64,000 bases of DNA from Eledone cirrhosa (taxonomy: Eukaryota), in assembly GCA_964016885.1 (NCBI GenBank), contig OZ024743.1:60698001-60762000 (forward strand), in the 5' to 3' direction. Position numbers and translations under genes: made by a program. Each line of letters opens with the position of its first letter. Position 1 is the first letter of the stretch. The notes under the pieces are model-generated. The model had not been told where the DNA came from. It saw only the letters and a program-made list of their open reading frames with translations, and made no database searches. Positions 13,920 to 26,111 of the stretch are shown here, in pieces.

Positions 13920-14215
13920 TGGGCTTGCAATCGGGATGCTGTGAGTTCGATTCTCGGACCGGGTGATACGCTGTGTCTTTGAGCAATACACTTTATTCAC
14001 GTTGCTATAGTTTAATCAGCTGTAGACATGAGTTATAACAACACTGATTCCAAGCTGTATCGGCCTTTGTCATTCCCTTGGACAACATCAGTGGTGTGGA
14101 AAGGGGAGACTGGTATGCATGGGTGACTGCTGGTCTTCCAAAAACAACCTTGCCCGAACTTGCGCCTGGGATGGGAACTTTCTAGGGGCAAATCCTATAG
14201 ACATTTGGGACCGAA
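13920..14215 (+). mobile_element. tRNA-derived SINE (family 2, CORE-like middle)
   Basis: B box gagttcgattc, then gtgtctttgagcaatacactttattcac. Confidence 0.65.
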
Positions 14216-14604
14216 GGAAACAGAAATAACAAAACATACAACGGAGTACAATGAAAAAATATATTTATGCTTGTTATAGTAGGGAAATTATCTTTCATCA
14301 GGAATTAGAATGAGAAATCAAAGAAGAAAGAGCAGAATGGACGAGAGTGAGCAGTGGTAGAAATGAAACAAATTTCCCCGAGAAAAAGCAGATTTGTTCA
14401 GGTATATGTGTGTGTATGTAAGGGTGTGTGTCTGTGTGGTGATGGTGTTGGGGGTGATAATAATTGAGACTAGTAAAGCCAGTATTCAACTTTGTAATAC
14501 ATACTTGAAAGTAAGTAGTGTTAAAATTAAACAGTTTCAAACAAATTAATCTGAACAGCAAGGCTTACTTGTCTTGAAACAATATATATATATATGTATG
14601 TATA

Positions 14605-14646
<42 letters not shown>

Positions 14647-14838
14647 ATGCATGTATGCATGTACGTATGTATATACACTCACATATATAATCCAGTTTCT
14701 TAACAAACATGTACACTCACACACACACACGTTTGTTAAGCAACAGGATTATATAATTATAACACACTAGAGAACTTGAACATAATTCCCGTACTGAGCA
14801 GTTGTGTACTTTTGTGTGAAGAAAAAGACATTATATAT

Positions 14839-14878
<40 letters not shown>

Positions 14879-14923
14879 TATATATGTATATATATTTATA
14901 TATATATATATATATATTTATAT

Positions 14924-15073
14924 ATGGAAAGTTATATTTAAATTGTTGGTTTACAACTAGTAAATATTTATAACTGATATAAAAGCACTCAACAAGTATT
15001 TGGAGTATATTTACGATATTAAATAAATGGAAACTATATTTATAAAACCATATTTATTTCATTATATATATTT
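14924..15073 (-). mobile_element. Fragment of HHR family a pLTR
   Basis: Near-identical to 6543-6692. Confidence 0.8.
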
Positions 15074-15454
15074 ACGTACATGCATACATACGTACATACA
15101 TACATACGTACGTACATACATACGTACGTACATACATACATACATACATACATACATACATACATACATACATACATACACACACGTCTTTTCACGCATC
15201 TCTGCGTCAGCGTATATTTTGATATAGGCAAGATTATATCGTTGTGTAGGATGGAATATGTTTTATGTATGACGTTATGCGTATGTCCGTGAAAGTATGC
15301 GTGTGTGTATAACTGTGGGTTTGTGTTCGATGCATGTGTATGTGTATGTGCATATGTGTGTGTATACCTGTGTATGTATGCATGTGTGTAAGCGCAGTTG
15401 TGTGTCCATAGGTCTGATGCCTAGCGGTGTTGATATTATTATTACCATTATTGT

Positions 15455-15484
15455 TAGTAGTAGTAGTAGTAGTAGTAGTAGTAA

Positions 15485-15540
<56 letters not shown>

Positions 15541-15563
15541 AGAGGAGGAGGAGGAGGAGGAGG
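15455..15563. repeat. (TAG)n(GAG)n microsatellite
   Basis: Direct reading. Confidence 0.95.
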
Positions 15564-15807
15564 GATTCAAAATAGTTTTTCCCAAATTAAATATTTGTCA
15601 GTTGGATTCTGTAACCGAAATAACACAGGATGCTGGCGGAAGTTATGTTAAATGGGGGTGGATCGTGTTCGGGTGGGAGGTTAGTGGGGGAGGGAATATA
15701 GAGAAAAAAAGAAACAAAGAGGGACGGAAAGTCAGGTCGTAGACAGACAGACAGATAGACAGCCATATGTATATACATAGAGAAAGCAAATGAAAGAAAG
15801 ATAGATA

Positions 15808-18393
15808 TATTTCTTTTATTTGCCACTAGGGCATCAAAAGTGGGACAAGTACAAAGGGGGGAGTTTACACAAAAAGGCGTCCTCAATAAGGAGGAGGCAA
15901 TAACAAAATATAAAAATAAAATAAGATATAACAAAAAATAAAATTTTTAACAAAATCCTCAATAGAGAGGAGGCGCCTTGGGGGGTCGCACACACCCCCG
16001 AAAAAAGTGTGCAACCCTTCTCCTCAGGAGCACAGAGAAGGGGTGCTCCCTTGGTCTTTCATCTTCCTCACCTATAGTCTGATGTAGAGTGAAGGCCCAT
16101 TCACACGGGCCATTCTCGCCACTTTCACCCATCTTTCATAGAAACGGCTGGGGTGCAGCACCTCTCTCTCCATCCTGATCCTTCTTCCGAAATGATATCG
16201 GAAGAAACGGACCAGTTGTTGGCCAGAGAGAAAGGTGCCTGACCTCAGTCCTTTCAGACGCGTCCACCATACAACCTCTTTCGCCATGGCTATTACGCAC
16301 AGAAACACCGCCTCTGCTTCATCTTTGAAGGGGGGAGGCGGCTTGATCATTACAATAGACTCGGTGGTCAACCGGATCGGTCCCACCCTTGACAGCAGTT
16401 GTTCGACATAGCCCCACAGATCGGCTACGCCCGAGCAGTGTACCAATGCGTGTGCAACGGTTTCCTCGTCGCACACGCATCTGGGACAGATCTTTTTGGC
16501 GGGGTCCCTACCCGGGCGCCCGTGTCTGTAGAGCCTTTCTCGAACGGGTAAAGCCCCTCGGTAGCACTGCCAGGCCAGGGACTTCTGGAAGTTGTCCATA
16601 GGTCCCGGGCTGAATGTCCTACCGAACAGGCTGGCCAGTTCGTCCTCCTCCATGTCTAGGGCTTCTCCGAGGGCGTCGTCGCACCTGCTGCGTACCAGCC
16701 CTCTATAGAATGTTGCGGTGGAGTCTCCACTGATAACCGGATCCGCCTGCCAGAGGGCGGTGAGCGCCTGGGCACACTCAGTGTGCCAGGCGCCCAGTTT
16801 TCTCGGTCTTTGCTTGACCCAGGATTGCAGCTCGGTGAGTGAGACGAGTCTGGGAAAGGTTCGTCTCACAAACGAGGCCCACACCGGTTGTCCGGTGAGG
16901 AATACGTAGAGGTGCCGTAGCCTTAATGCGTGTTTACGCATCATTAGCCACGGCATCCCCAGCCCTCCTTTCGAAGGGTGTTGACAGCAGATGGATCTCC
17001 TCACCATAGGAGCCCGCCTCTTCCAAAGGAATTGGAAGAGCGCGCGCTCCATCTTGGTGAGGGTTTCCCTTGGGCAGGGCACTACGGTCAGGCGGTAGTA
17101 GATGACGGACGCTATGTAGGTGTTCGCCACCTCCGCCCGACCTTTCAGGGATAGTTTGCAACTGGCCCACTTCTGGGTCAGTGCAAACACCCTGTTCGTA
17201 ACCTCCGCCCAGTTTTTCTCCACCTGGAGGTCCGGTCCGAACCAGACCCCGAGCAACTTCACCGGGCCCTCCGTCCAGCGTCCGACGACGCCATCGGAGG
17301 GCATCGGTCTGCCCCTCCACGTGCCGAGTTGCAAACCGATCGACTTGTCCCGGTTCAGCTTAGCCCCTGTGAACCTTTCGTACTCCTCCAGTAAGGTGCC
17401 GACCGCCTCGATTTCGGAGGCCGTCGACACCATTACTGTCACGTCATCGGCGTAGGCCGACACCGCTTTCCGCAATCCCGGTTCCAAAGGGATGCCCTGC
17501 AACAACTCCAACTTCCGCAGTAGTGGCTCTAGAGTCAACACATACAGAAGGGAGGAGAGAGGGCACCCTTGTCGGATGGACCGCGCGATTTGGAACGGCT
17601 CCGAGAGGTAGCCGTTCACCTTGACCCTAGAGCAGATGCGGCTGCTGTGCATAGCAGTGATCCAGCCCCTGAAAACGGGTCCGAAGCCTGCCGCCGCTAG
17701 CACCGCATCCAGGTAACCATGGTCGACCCTATCGAACGCCTTAGATTGATCCAAGTTGATCAGAGCCCCACCAAAGCCGGGTTCGTGCCCAACCCTCTCT
17801 ATGATGTATCGCATGAGGTGGAGGTTGTCATGGATGGACCTGGACGGGATAGCGCATGTCTGCGCATCTCCCACCAGGTTGCCCACGACAAGCGCCAACC
17901 TCTTTGCTAGCACCTTGGCCAAAATCTGTAACTCTGTATTTAGCAGAGTTATGGGCCTGAAGTTACTTATTTCGTCCCCCTTGTTCTCGTCCTTCCTCAC
18001 TAGCGTGACTACGCCCTTGGTCACAGTACAGGGAATTCTCCCGTTCTGTTGCCAGTTGCAGTAGACCGCCTCGAGGAGATCGGGGAACAAGTCCGGCATA
18101 GCTAGATATAATTCGTAAGGAAGACCATCGAGACCCGGGGATTTGCGTTTGCCGCATTGGCTCAGCACGTCCTCTATCTCAGCGGCCGAAATCGGCTCCT
18201 CGCAGGACTTCGCCTCCCTGTCCGAGAGGCGCGGCAGGCCGTCGAGGTATGGACCGAAGTCCACGTTCCCAACCGGCTCCCCGCCCCTCCCGAACAGTCG
18301 GGCAAAGTGCCTTTGAAAGGCCTCACACATCTGCTTAGGCTCAAGAATCGCCCGTCCATCCAGGTCTCGCAAAGACCGGATGGTGGATTTAGT
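15808..18393 (-). mobile_element. 5'-truncated Tx1/L1-clade LINE, young copy, in (AGAT)n context
   Basis: Uninterrupted ORF2 remnant plus 3' UTR ending gtggcaaataaaagaaat-ATATCTATCT. Confidence 0.95.
16072..18372 (-). CDS. Tx1-like ORF2 remnant: reverse transcriptase + C-terminal zinc-binding region (endonuclease missing)
   Basis: 766 aa open; KSPGLDGL, FRPITLLN, DQSKAFDRVDH, RQGCPLS, YADD, CPRC...HALVHC. Confidence 0.9.
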   Translation of the reverse strand: MRDLDGRAILEPKQMCEAFQRHFARLFGRGGEPVGNVDFGPYLDGLPRLSDREAKSCEEPISAAEIEDVLSQCGKRKSPGLDGLPYELYLAMPDLFPDLLEAVYCNWQQNGRIPCTVTKGVVTLVRKDENKGDEISNFRPITLLNTELQILAKVLAKRLALVVGNLVGDAQTCAIPSRSIHDNLHLMRYIIERVGHEPGFGGALINLDQSKAFDRVDHGYLDAVLAAAGFGPVFRGWITAMHSSRICSRVKVNGYLSEPFQIARSIRQGCPLSSLLYVLTLEPLLRKLELLQGIPLEPGLRKAVSAYADDVTVMVSTASEIEAVGTLLEEYERFTGAKLNRDKSIGLQLGTWRGRPMPSDGVVGRWTEGPVKLLGVWFGPDLQVEKNWAEVTNRVFALTQKWASCKLSLKGRAEVANTYIASVIYYRLTVVPCPRETLTKMERALFQFLWKRRAPMVRRSICCQHPSKGGLGMPWLMMRKHALRLRHLYVFLTGQPVWASFVRRTFPRLVSLTELQSWVKQRPRKLGAWHTECAQALTALWQADPVISGDSTATFYRGLVRSRCDDALGEALDMEEDELASLFGRTFSPGPMDNFQKSLAWQCYRGALPVRERLYRHGRPGRDPAKKICPRCVCDEETVAHALVHCSGVADLWGYVEQLLSRVGPIRLTTESIVMIKPPPPFKDEAEAVFLCVIAMAKEVVWWTRLKGLRSGTFLSGQQLVRFFRYHFGRRIRMEREVLHPSRFYERWVKVARMARVNGPSLYIRL

Positions 18394-18448
18394 TCAGATA
18401 GATAGAGAGATAGCTAGATATGTAGATAGATATATTTCTTTATTTGCT

Positions 18449-18526
<78 letters not shown>

Positions 18527-18684
18527 TGAAAGTTACCAGTTTAGTCTAGTAAGACTATTGTTCAACTTGGAGTTCGATAGTAAAGAAAGTATTATAAGTT
18601 ACTGCCCGGTGGCTGAGCTCTTGTCATTTCGACGGTGATTGGATAAATATCATACATCATTTATGTATATATATATATATATAT

Positions 18685-18864
18685 AACAAAAGAAGTGTGG
18701 TAAGGAACCAGATGGACCATAACGCACCAGTGTACTCGATACTTACGGTAGTAGAGTGAGTAACAGGAAAAGCGTTAGGACCCCGACGGCTGAGCTCCGG
18801 CCGTTTCGGCAGCTAGATTTAGCTGTCGAAACAGCCGGAGATCAGCCATCGGGGTTCTGACTCT

Positions 18865-18870
<6 letters not shown>
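18685..18870. mobile_element. Fold-back fragment of HHR family h (3' halves only)
   Basis: ccccgacggctgagctccggccgtttcggcagcta / tagctgtcgaaacagccggagatcagccatcgggg; homologous to 30280-30410. Confidence 0.7.
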
Positions 18871-18931
<61 letters not shown>

Positions 18932-19084
18932 CATATATACTCAGTAGATATATAAGCAGTTCAATGCAAGCACTCGACGTCATGCTATTTCTTCGAAGTT
19001 ATTTCTGCGAAGCTGTAAATGTTAAAGACTCCTTTATTAATAAACTATTTAACATCTACAACTTCGCATTCTCCCCCACCCCCT

Positions 19085-19142
<58 letters not shown>

Positions 19143-19164
19143 ATATATGTATGTATGTATATAA

Positions 19165-19277
<113 letters not shown>

Positions 19278-19650
19278 CGTGCGTGTGAGTGTGTGCATGT
19301 GTGTGAGTGTGTATACGGACAGAGAGAGGGTGAGACTGAGAAAGAGAACGAGTGAGAGAGAAAGGTTGAGAGAACGAAAACATGAGGGAATGAAACCCGG
19401 AAAGAAAGAAAGATTGTAAGGAAGAAAGAATACTGAAAGGAAACGAACAGGAAGGAAAATAGGAAGAATGAAATAGAGGGTGAAAGAAAGAAGGTAAGCA
19501 AATAAGAAAATATTTTAAAACAATAAATAAATAGGGAGTAAAAATTATGACAGAACAGTGAAACCTTTATATTCTTTACTCCTTTTCCATATGAACAGCA
19601 ACCATTATCTATATAGAAAATCACCACACACACATTCGCACACACATTCT

Positions 19651-19725
<75 letters not shown>

Positions 19726-19808
19726 TCTCTCTCACACATATATAACGGATAAGATTCTTGTATGATAAACATACATTTATTTGCGGGAATCATCATAGAA
19801 ACATGGTA

Positions 19809-19862
<54 letters not shown>

Positions 19863-19905
19863 GTATAAGTCAAACATGTTAAAGTTGGCTTCGTTTATTC
19901 TAATT

Positions 19906-19962
19906 CGCTGCTCTATATATTTCAGTGACAGCCATTATTGGCTATGACCTCATCAGGCAGTA
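19906..19962 (-). ncRNA. Type I hammerhead (family c), cleavage triplet mutated
   Basis: tactgc-CTGATGA-ggtcatagcca/ataa/tggctgtcact-GAAA-tatata-GA-gcagcg. Confidence 0.65.
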
Positions 19963-20097
19963 AGAATTAATGTAGAAAAAACAGGTAAACATGGTGTTGT
20001 AATGTGTTCTACCCTGTTAATTCATCGATATGTCCAGCTCCTCGGTGTGTCGTTAGTTAGTCCTCAAAGGAACTGGAATATATATATATTAAAATAA

Positions 20098-20169
20098 CTG
20101 CTTTCTCCCTTAACGGGATCTTCTGAAGATCCCGTTAAGGGAGAAAGCAGCAATTCTTTGCTTAAACTT
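20098..20169 (+). ncRNA. Hammerhead (family d) at the axis of a 26-bp perfect palindrome
   Basis: CTGAAGA-tccc/gttaa/ggga-GAAA-gca...tgc-TT^-aaactt; 5' strand of stem I lost by fold-back centred on 20124. Confidence 0.55.
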
Positions 20170-20282
20170 GAATCTGTTATTTTAATAAATATTTGCTCTA
20201 TGGTTTTTATATATTTGATATATATATATATTATCCTTATCGAGCCCACTTCGGATTTTAGTCTTCATGTTTATTATAATTA

Positions 20283-20798
<516 letters not shown>

Positions 20799-20910
20799 TT
20801 ATTGTTCTGCAACCCCATGCATTGAACCACAAAGTTACTAAGACAAAACCTATATATTTGCTAGCATTGATATGCATCTGTATGTATATATATGTTACTA
20901 GATATTAATT

Positions 20911-20989
<79 letters not shown>

Positions 20990-21724
20990 GATAGAACCAG
21001 TTGAAAAATAGTTAGATTACTCGATTCTTGGGGTTGTAAAATATGGCTATATTATAAATAGTCGGGACACGACGGCTGATATCTTGCAGTTTTAACAGCT
21101 GGTTCCGTGCATGTGAGTGTACCTGTGTCTCGGTACGTATGTGTGTGTGAATTTATGCATATATATACTCTTGCATGTGTGTTTGTTCGTGTGTATTTAT
21201 GATGTAGCGCTTCGCCAAAACGATATCTATAAAATATATACCAGGCTTGAAAAATAAGTACTGAATTCAATGTAAACTACTAGTTCCCTTGAAGATGATG
21301 CACAAACATGACCGATTCTAATTGCTAAGGCACGTCATCGAAAAGAAGGTCAGTCGTGTTGGTCTATGTTTAAATCATAAGATCTCTATAGCATTTTGTT
21401 ATAGCCCTTAACTCCTGGTGAAACCGTAGGGCCGCCATCATAACATAAAACTAGCGGAGCCCATCCCTCTCGAGATCGGAGCACAGCTGACTTCCTCCAA
21501 AGAAATAAAGAGAGAGACAATAAAGGTGAGATAGTAGTCAGAAAGAGATATCAATAAGGAACCAAACCATTATGGTACTGGTTCTATATTTACCGTTCTT
21601 GAAGACAAATGAAAGGCAATGTTAATCTCGGCGGTTGACCCCAAAGCAAAGTGAAGAGGAAAATATACTGAGACATTTTTAATTCGTTGCTTGCAGTATT
21701 TTAATAGCCATAACATTTTATGCA

Positions 21725-22065
21725 TACTGTTGGGTCTCGAATAATCGCCCCCCCCCCCCCCCCCCCCTTCACCACACTTATTAATTTTAAGTCCCCCCCC
21801 CCTCTCCCCCGTTCTTATTCCAAAGCCCCACTTATTAAATGTTGTTAATCTATCTCCGGCGGAATGGTTGCATTCCTGCGACAATTAATATTCTACTTTA
21901 CAAGAAATCCCATATGTTATAAAATAAGACTGGGTAGGGGTCTCAATGTGTAAACTAAACGACGTATTCTGGTTTTTTAAAAATCAACGGAGACATCCCA
22001 GTAAAATTATTGATTCTCCAACATGCACCAATTCCCCCACCCTTATTATTTGGGACCCAAGAGTA
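21725..22065. mobile_element. Tc1/mariner-type MITE
   Basis: TIRs tactgttgggtctcgaataat / attatttgggacccaagagta with TA ends. Confidence 0.7.
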
Positions 22066-22159
22066 CATGTAAACATTTTTTTGTTTTTATTTTCTCAGCA
22101 TTTGTCACATCTGTCTGGTTTATTTACTATTAAATAAAATAGACACACACAGACGCACA

Positions 22160-22497
22160 TACTATCGGGTCCCAAATAATAAGGGGGTTGAAATAAGCGG
22201 AGTGGGAATGGAAAATCGGTAAGTTTTCTTGGTTGTCTCCGTTGATTATTTAAAAAAAAAGAATTAGCCGTTTAGTTTACATATTGAGACCCAAACCCAT
22301 ACTATTTATATTATAATGTATAAGATTTCAAGAAACGTACGTTTTTTTGTCATGTGTAATGTTTTTTTTTAATGCATAAAGAAAATTGATTATCGCAGGA
22401 ATAAATGCTACCACTTAAAATATAATTTCGCCGGAGATAGATTAACAAAATTCAATTAGCGAGGTGGGGGTGATAAGAGTGGGGAGGGACCCGAGAA
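22160..22497. mobile_element. Second, diverged copy of the same MITE in opposite orientation
   Basis: Starts tactatcgggtcccaaataataaggg; internal segments are reverse complements of 21850-22000. Confidence 0.6.
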
Positions 22498-22504
22498 TTT
22501 ATAT

Positions 22505-22625
22505 ATAATTGTTTCTACTTTAGGCACAAGGCCAGCAATTACCCAATGCATTACTGGTACTTTATTTTATCGACCCCGTAAGGATGAAAGGCAAAGTCAA
22601 CCTCGGCGGGATTTGAACTCAGAAA
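22505..22625 (-). mobile_element. tRNA-derived SINE family 1, 5'-truncated
   Basis: B box gagttcaaatcc; core gcctttcatccttacggggtcgataaaataaagtaccag; tail ccttgtgcctaaagtagaaacaatt. Confidence 0.85.
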
Positions 22626-23164
22626 ATTTATATATAATATCGCAAAGCCTGTTGTCCGACTTTCTCAAGATTTTTGCCACCTCGCCATCTTCCATTGAAT
22701 ATTGCATTTTGAATAACTTTGAACTGATTTCAGTTAACTGATGTTCCAGGGTCCTTTTTATTTCTATAGTTTACACGTGTCTACGGAATACTCACCCGCA
22801 TGGACCTAATTTCATAATCAAACTGGTTGGATGCTTCAACAAAGTAAATAATCGTCGTCCGAATCGATTGAGATCCAACACGCACACATACCCATAAATA
22901 CACAAGGTTTTGTAAAATTGGAGACCTGGTTTAAATATTTGCAACAGGGCAGCCTTCGTGAAAGACATACGAGGAGCCTGTGATGTTGTTAAATTGGGCG
23001 ACCGATTAAGTTTACCATTTAAGTGAGCAATGGAGAGATTATCACTCATAACAGAAAAAAACCATCCAACATTCTAGCAATTTCGCCAATTAAGCACACT
23101 TGACTGGCATTTCATTTATCGACCCCCGAAAGCATGAAAAGCTATATTGATCTCTACGTTTTTT

Positions 23165-23445
23165 GGGGGTTTTTTTAATGTCCGAAAAAATACGATCATG
23201 AATATAAGCGGTCGAAATGGGATTCCTCTGAAGGGTCTTTGTAGTAACCTTACTTGATAGACTGTGTAATTCGGAGATCAGATAGTTACTCAAGTTAGAT
23301 CCGCTACTTCTTGCTTGTGATCCATCCGGATCAGTTGGAGGCGGTTGCTTCTGCCAGGAACCGCTGGAAGGAGAATTTGAGGACTCTGCCCCCGCAACCA
23401 CGGCACTCTCAGGAATAAGTGGGCAAAGAAGAAGAAGAAGAAGAA
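23165..23445 (+). pseudogene. RTE-clade LINE 3' fragment with (GAA)n tail
   Basis: AVEMGFL*RVFVVTLLDRLCNSEIR*LLKLDPLLL resembles the RTE ORF C-terminus. Confidence 0.7.
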
Positions 23446-23726
23446 ACATCCGGAATAAATACCGCAAGGCATTTCTTCAGCTGTTCCAAAGACTCTGCCA
23501 TTTCGATTCCTAAGAGTTTTAGCTTCAAAAGACACTGCAACGCGAGAACAAATGATTTCCCTACAGGAACAAAACTTTATAGTTATTTTAAATATATCCG
23601 ACTCGGCACTTTTTTATTTTCTCCAACTCTCACGTCGCAATGGAATGAAACCCACGCAAATCTATATTACAGAAGTCGTACACACACTCGCAGACACGCA
23701 CACACAAACACACACAGACACACGCA

Positions 23727-23789
<63 letters not shown>

Positions 23790-24033
23790 ACACATGTATA
23801 TATACATATTTCTCTTCTTTCTGAATGTGTGTATGTGTGTTTATATGTATATGTGTGTATGTGTGTGTATATGTATACCTGTGTCTTTTTCTATATTGTT
23901 ATATATTATATATTTTTTATATATTAGTTTTCTTACCCTTCTTTTCTTATGTATATTTCCCGTTATTATTCCAGCCTCACTTCCAATTTTTAACAGATTT
24001 TAAATCTCATTTCATATCTTTTATCTATAACAT

Positions 24034-24104
24034 CTCTGTCTGACGACCGATCCAGACGTATAATATTATTATCGTCTGTGATCCAGAAACCTTTGGTAAT
24101 GGAG
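24034..24104 (+). ncRNA. Type I hammerhead (family f)
   Basis: ctctgt-CTGACGA-ccgatccagacg...cgtctgtgatcca-GAAA-cc/ttt/gg-TA^-atggag. Confidence 0.75.
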
Positions 24105-24131
24105 TAGTTATATTTTGTGTTGTTCAATTTC

Positions 24132-24202
<71 letters not shown>

Positions 24203-24264
24203 AGAATAAGTAAAAGCGAAGTACTTTCAGATGTTCTTTAATAATAATGTCCTTTAATAATAAT

Positions 24265-24338
24265 GCTGTGATATATATTTCAATGACGACACTGGCCACA
24301 CTGTTCTGTGTGCGAGTGTCGTGACATCATCAGACAGC
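24265..24338 (-). ncRNA. Type I hammerhead (family g) copy 1
   Basis: gctgt-CTGATGA-tgtcacgacact...agtgtcgtcatt-GAAA-tatata-TC^-acagc. Confidence 0.8.
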
Positions 24339-25499
24339 TTGTTACATAATAAGGTTGTTTCCGAGGCAATCCAAATTGAATCGACATGGGAACGGATGAA
24401 GTTCGTGCCTTTGGGTTTTTCATCCGTTCCCTTGTGAGTACCAATTCACCCCCACCGGTCTGCGCAAGCGCATGTCCGAAGGAAGTTGACCATTAGCACC
24501 GCAGATTTCAACGAAATTCGCTGTCAGTGGCCCACCTATGCCTTGCCAAAGTTTACTGCTACACATCGCTACTGTGGTAGTCAGCCGAAAGCCAGAGGGG
24601 ATGGGAGGGTGTTAGTTTTTATAGGTCATAATACTACCTTTCACTAAGCGTTGACAGTAAGACTGACCATCAACTCATAAGGTAAAATAAACTTAATTCT
24701 AGGTACTATGGTTTTACATAGTAAGTTAAGAGTGAGAGTTGGGAATAAAAATTAAAATTAAAGGTTAAAATCCTAAATAAAATATCAGAGATTATAAATT
24801 AAACAATAAAGAATTCAAAAATTCTAAATTCAAAAAATTTTTTTCAAGTGATAATTCGGATTAAGTAAAGATATACATTGCAGTGAGTAAATAATATGGA
24901 GAGAGATGTTTAAGTAATATGTTCTGGGAGGGATTCTTGTGTTACAGATATTGAACGGCAGTGCCGGACCTTATAACGGAGGGCAAACCACATGGTTCAA
25001 GGCATTGGTCAATCCGCTACACGGTCATACTTTCCATCACATGGAACAGAGTCAAAGAAAAACAGACAAAAAGTACACAAAAGAGAACACAAAAGAAAAG
25101 AAAAGAACAGAGACAATAGTGAATAAATGCAAAAACACAGAGTACATATATGTAAAATGATCCATATGATTGTCCATCTGGTGCAGGAAAATAGGGGTTT
25201 ATCTTATTTTTTGTTTCCGCGTATTAATCCTGCCGAAAGATACTATTACGCCCGTCCAGTGTCAGGGGTTTTTCATCCCCATGGTAGAGGGGATTTCCGG
25301 GGTAGCTCTTGGTTGGTTCCTCACTTCTCCACCATATCGGTTACATCATAGAGCGCTCAACTAATCGGAGCTAAATTATTAGGGTAAACATTGATGCAAT
25401 TCAATTCAAGCACTCAACGTACTTTTTCCACATAGGAGTGACGGAGTAAATATCGAATAAGTAAAAGCGAAGTAGTTTCAGATGTTCAAGTCCTTTAAT

Positions 25500-25573
25500 G
25501 CTGTGATATATATTTCAATGACGACACTGGCCACACTCTTCTGTGTGCGAGTGTCGTGACATCATCAGACAGC
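25500..25573 (-). ncRNA. Type I hammerhead (family g) copy 2
   Basis: Same motif as 24265-24338. Confidence 0.8.
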
Positions 25574-25866
25574 TTGTTACATAATAAGGTTGTTTCCGAG
25601 GCAATCCAAATTGAATCGACATGGGAACGGATGAAGTTCGTGCCTTTGGGTTTTTCATCCGTTCCCTTGTGAGTACCAATTCACCCCCACCGGTCTGCGC
25701 AAGCGCATGTCCGAAGGAAGTTGACCATTAGCACCGCAGATTTCAACGAAATTCGCTGTCAGTGGCCCACCTATGCCTTGCCAAAGTTTACTGCTACCCA
25801 TCGCTACTGTGGTAGTCAGCCGAAAGCCAGAGGGGATGCCTCGGAAACAACCTTATTATGTAACAG

Positions 25867-25940
25867 GCTGTCTGATGATGTCACGACACTCGCACACAGA
25901 ACAGTGTGGCCAGTGTCGTCATTGAAATATATATCACAGC
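25867..25940 (+). ncRNA. Type I hammerhead (family g) copy 3, inverted
   Basis: Same motif on the + strand. Confidence 0.8.
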
Positions 25941-26071
25941 ATTATTATTAAAGGACTTGAACATCTGAAACTACTTCGCTTTTACTTATTCGATATTTAC
26001 TCCGTCACTCCTATGTGGAAAAAGTACGTTGAGTGCTTGAATTGAATTGCATCAATGTTTACCCTAATATA

Positions 26072-26111
<40 letters not shown>

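Larger units (their letters stand above)
24203..26068 (-). mobile_element. Non-coding PLE-like element: two ~400-bp direct pLTRs plus an inverted pLTR, flanked by (TA)n
   Basis: 24203-24602 ~ 25454-25838; 25838-26068 is the reverse complement of ~25378-25602; three HHRs. Confidence 0.85.

Noticed and set aside
16389-18405. Antisense and alternate-frame ORFs over the Tx1 copies
   Set aside because: Shadow ORFs of GC-rich ORF2
21286-21356. TTGAA-gatgatg/cgtcatc-GAAA hammerhead-like segment
   Set aside because: Core too short and no stem I or III pairing
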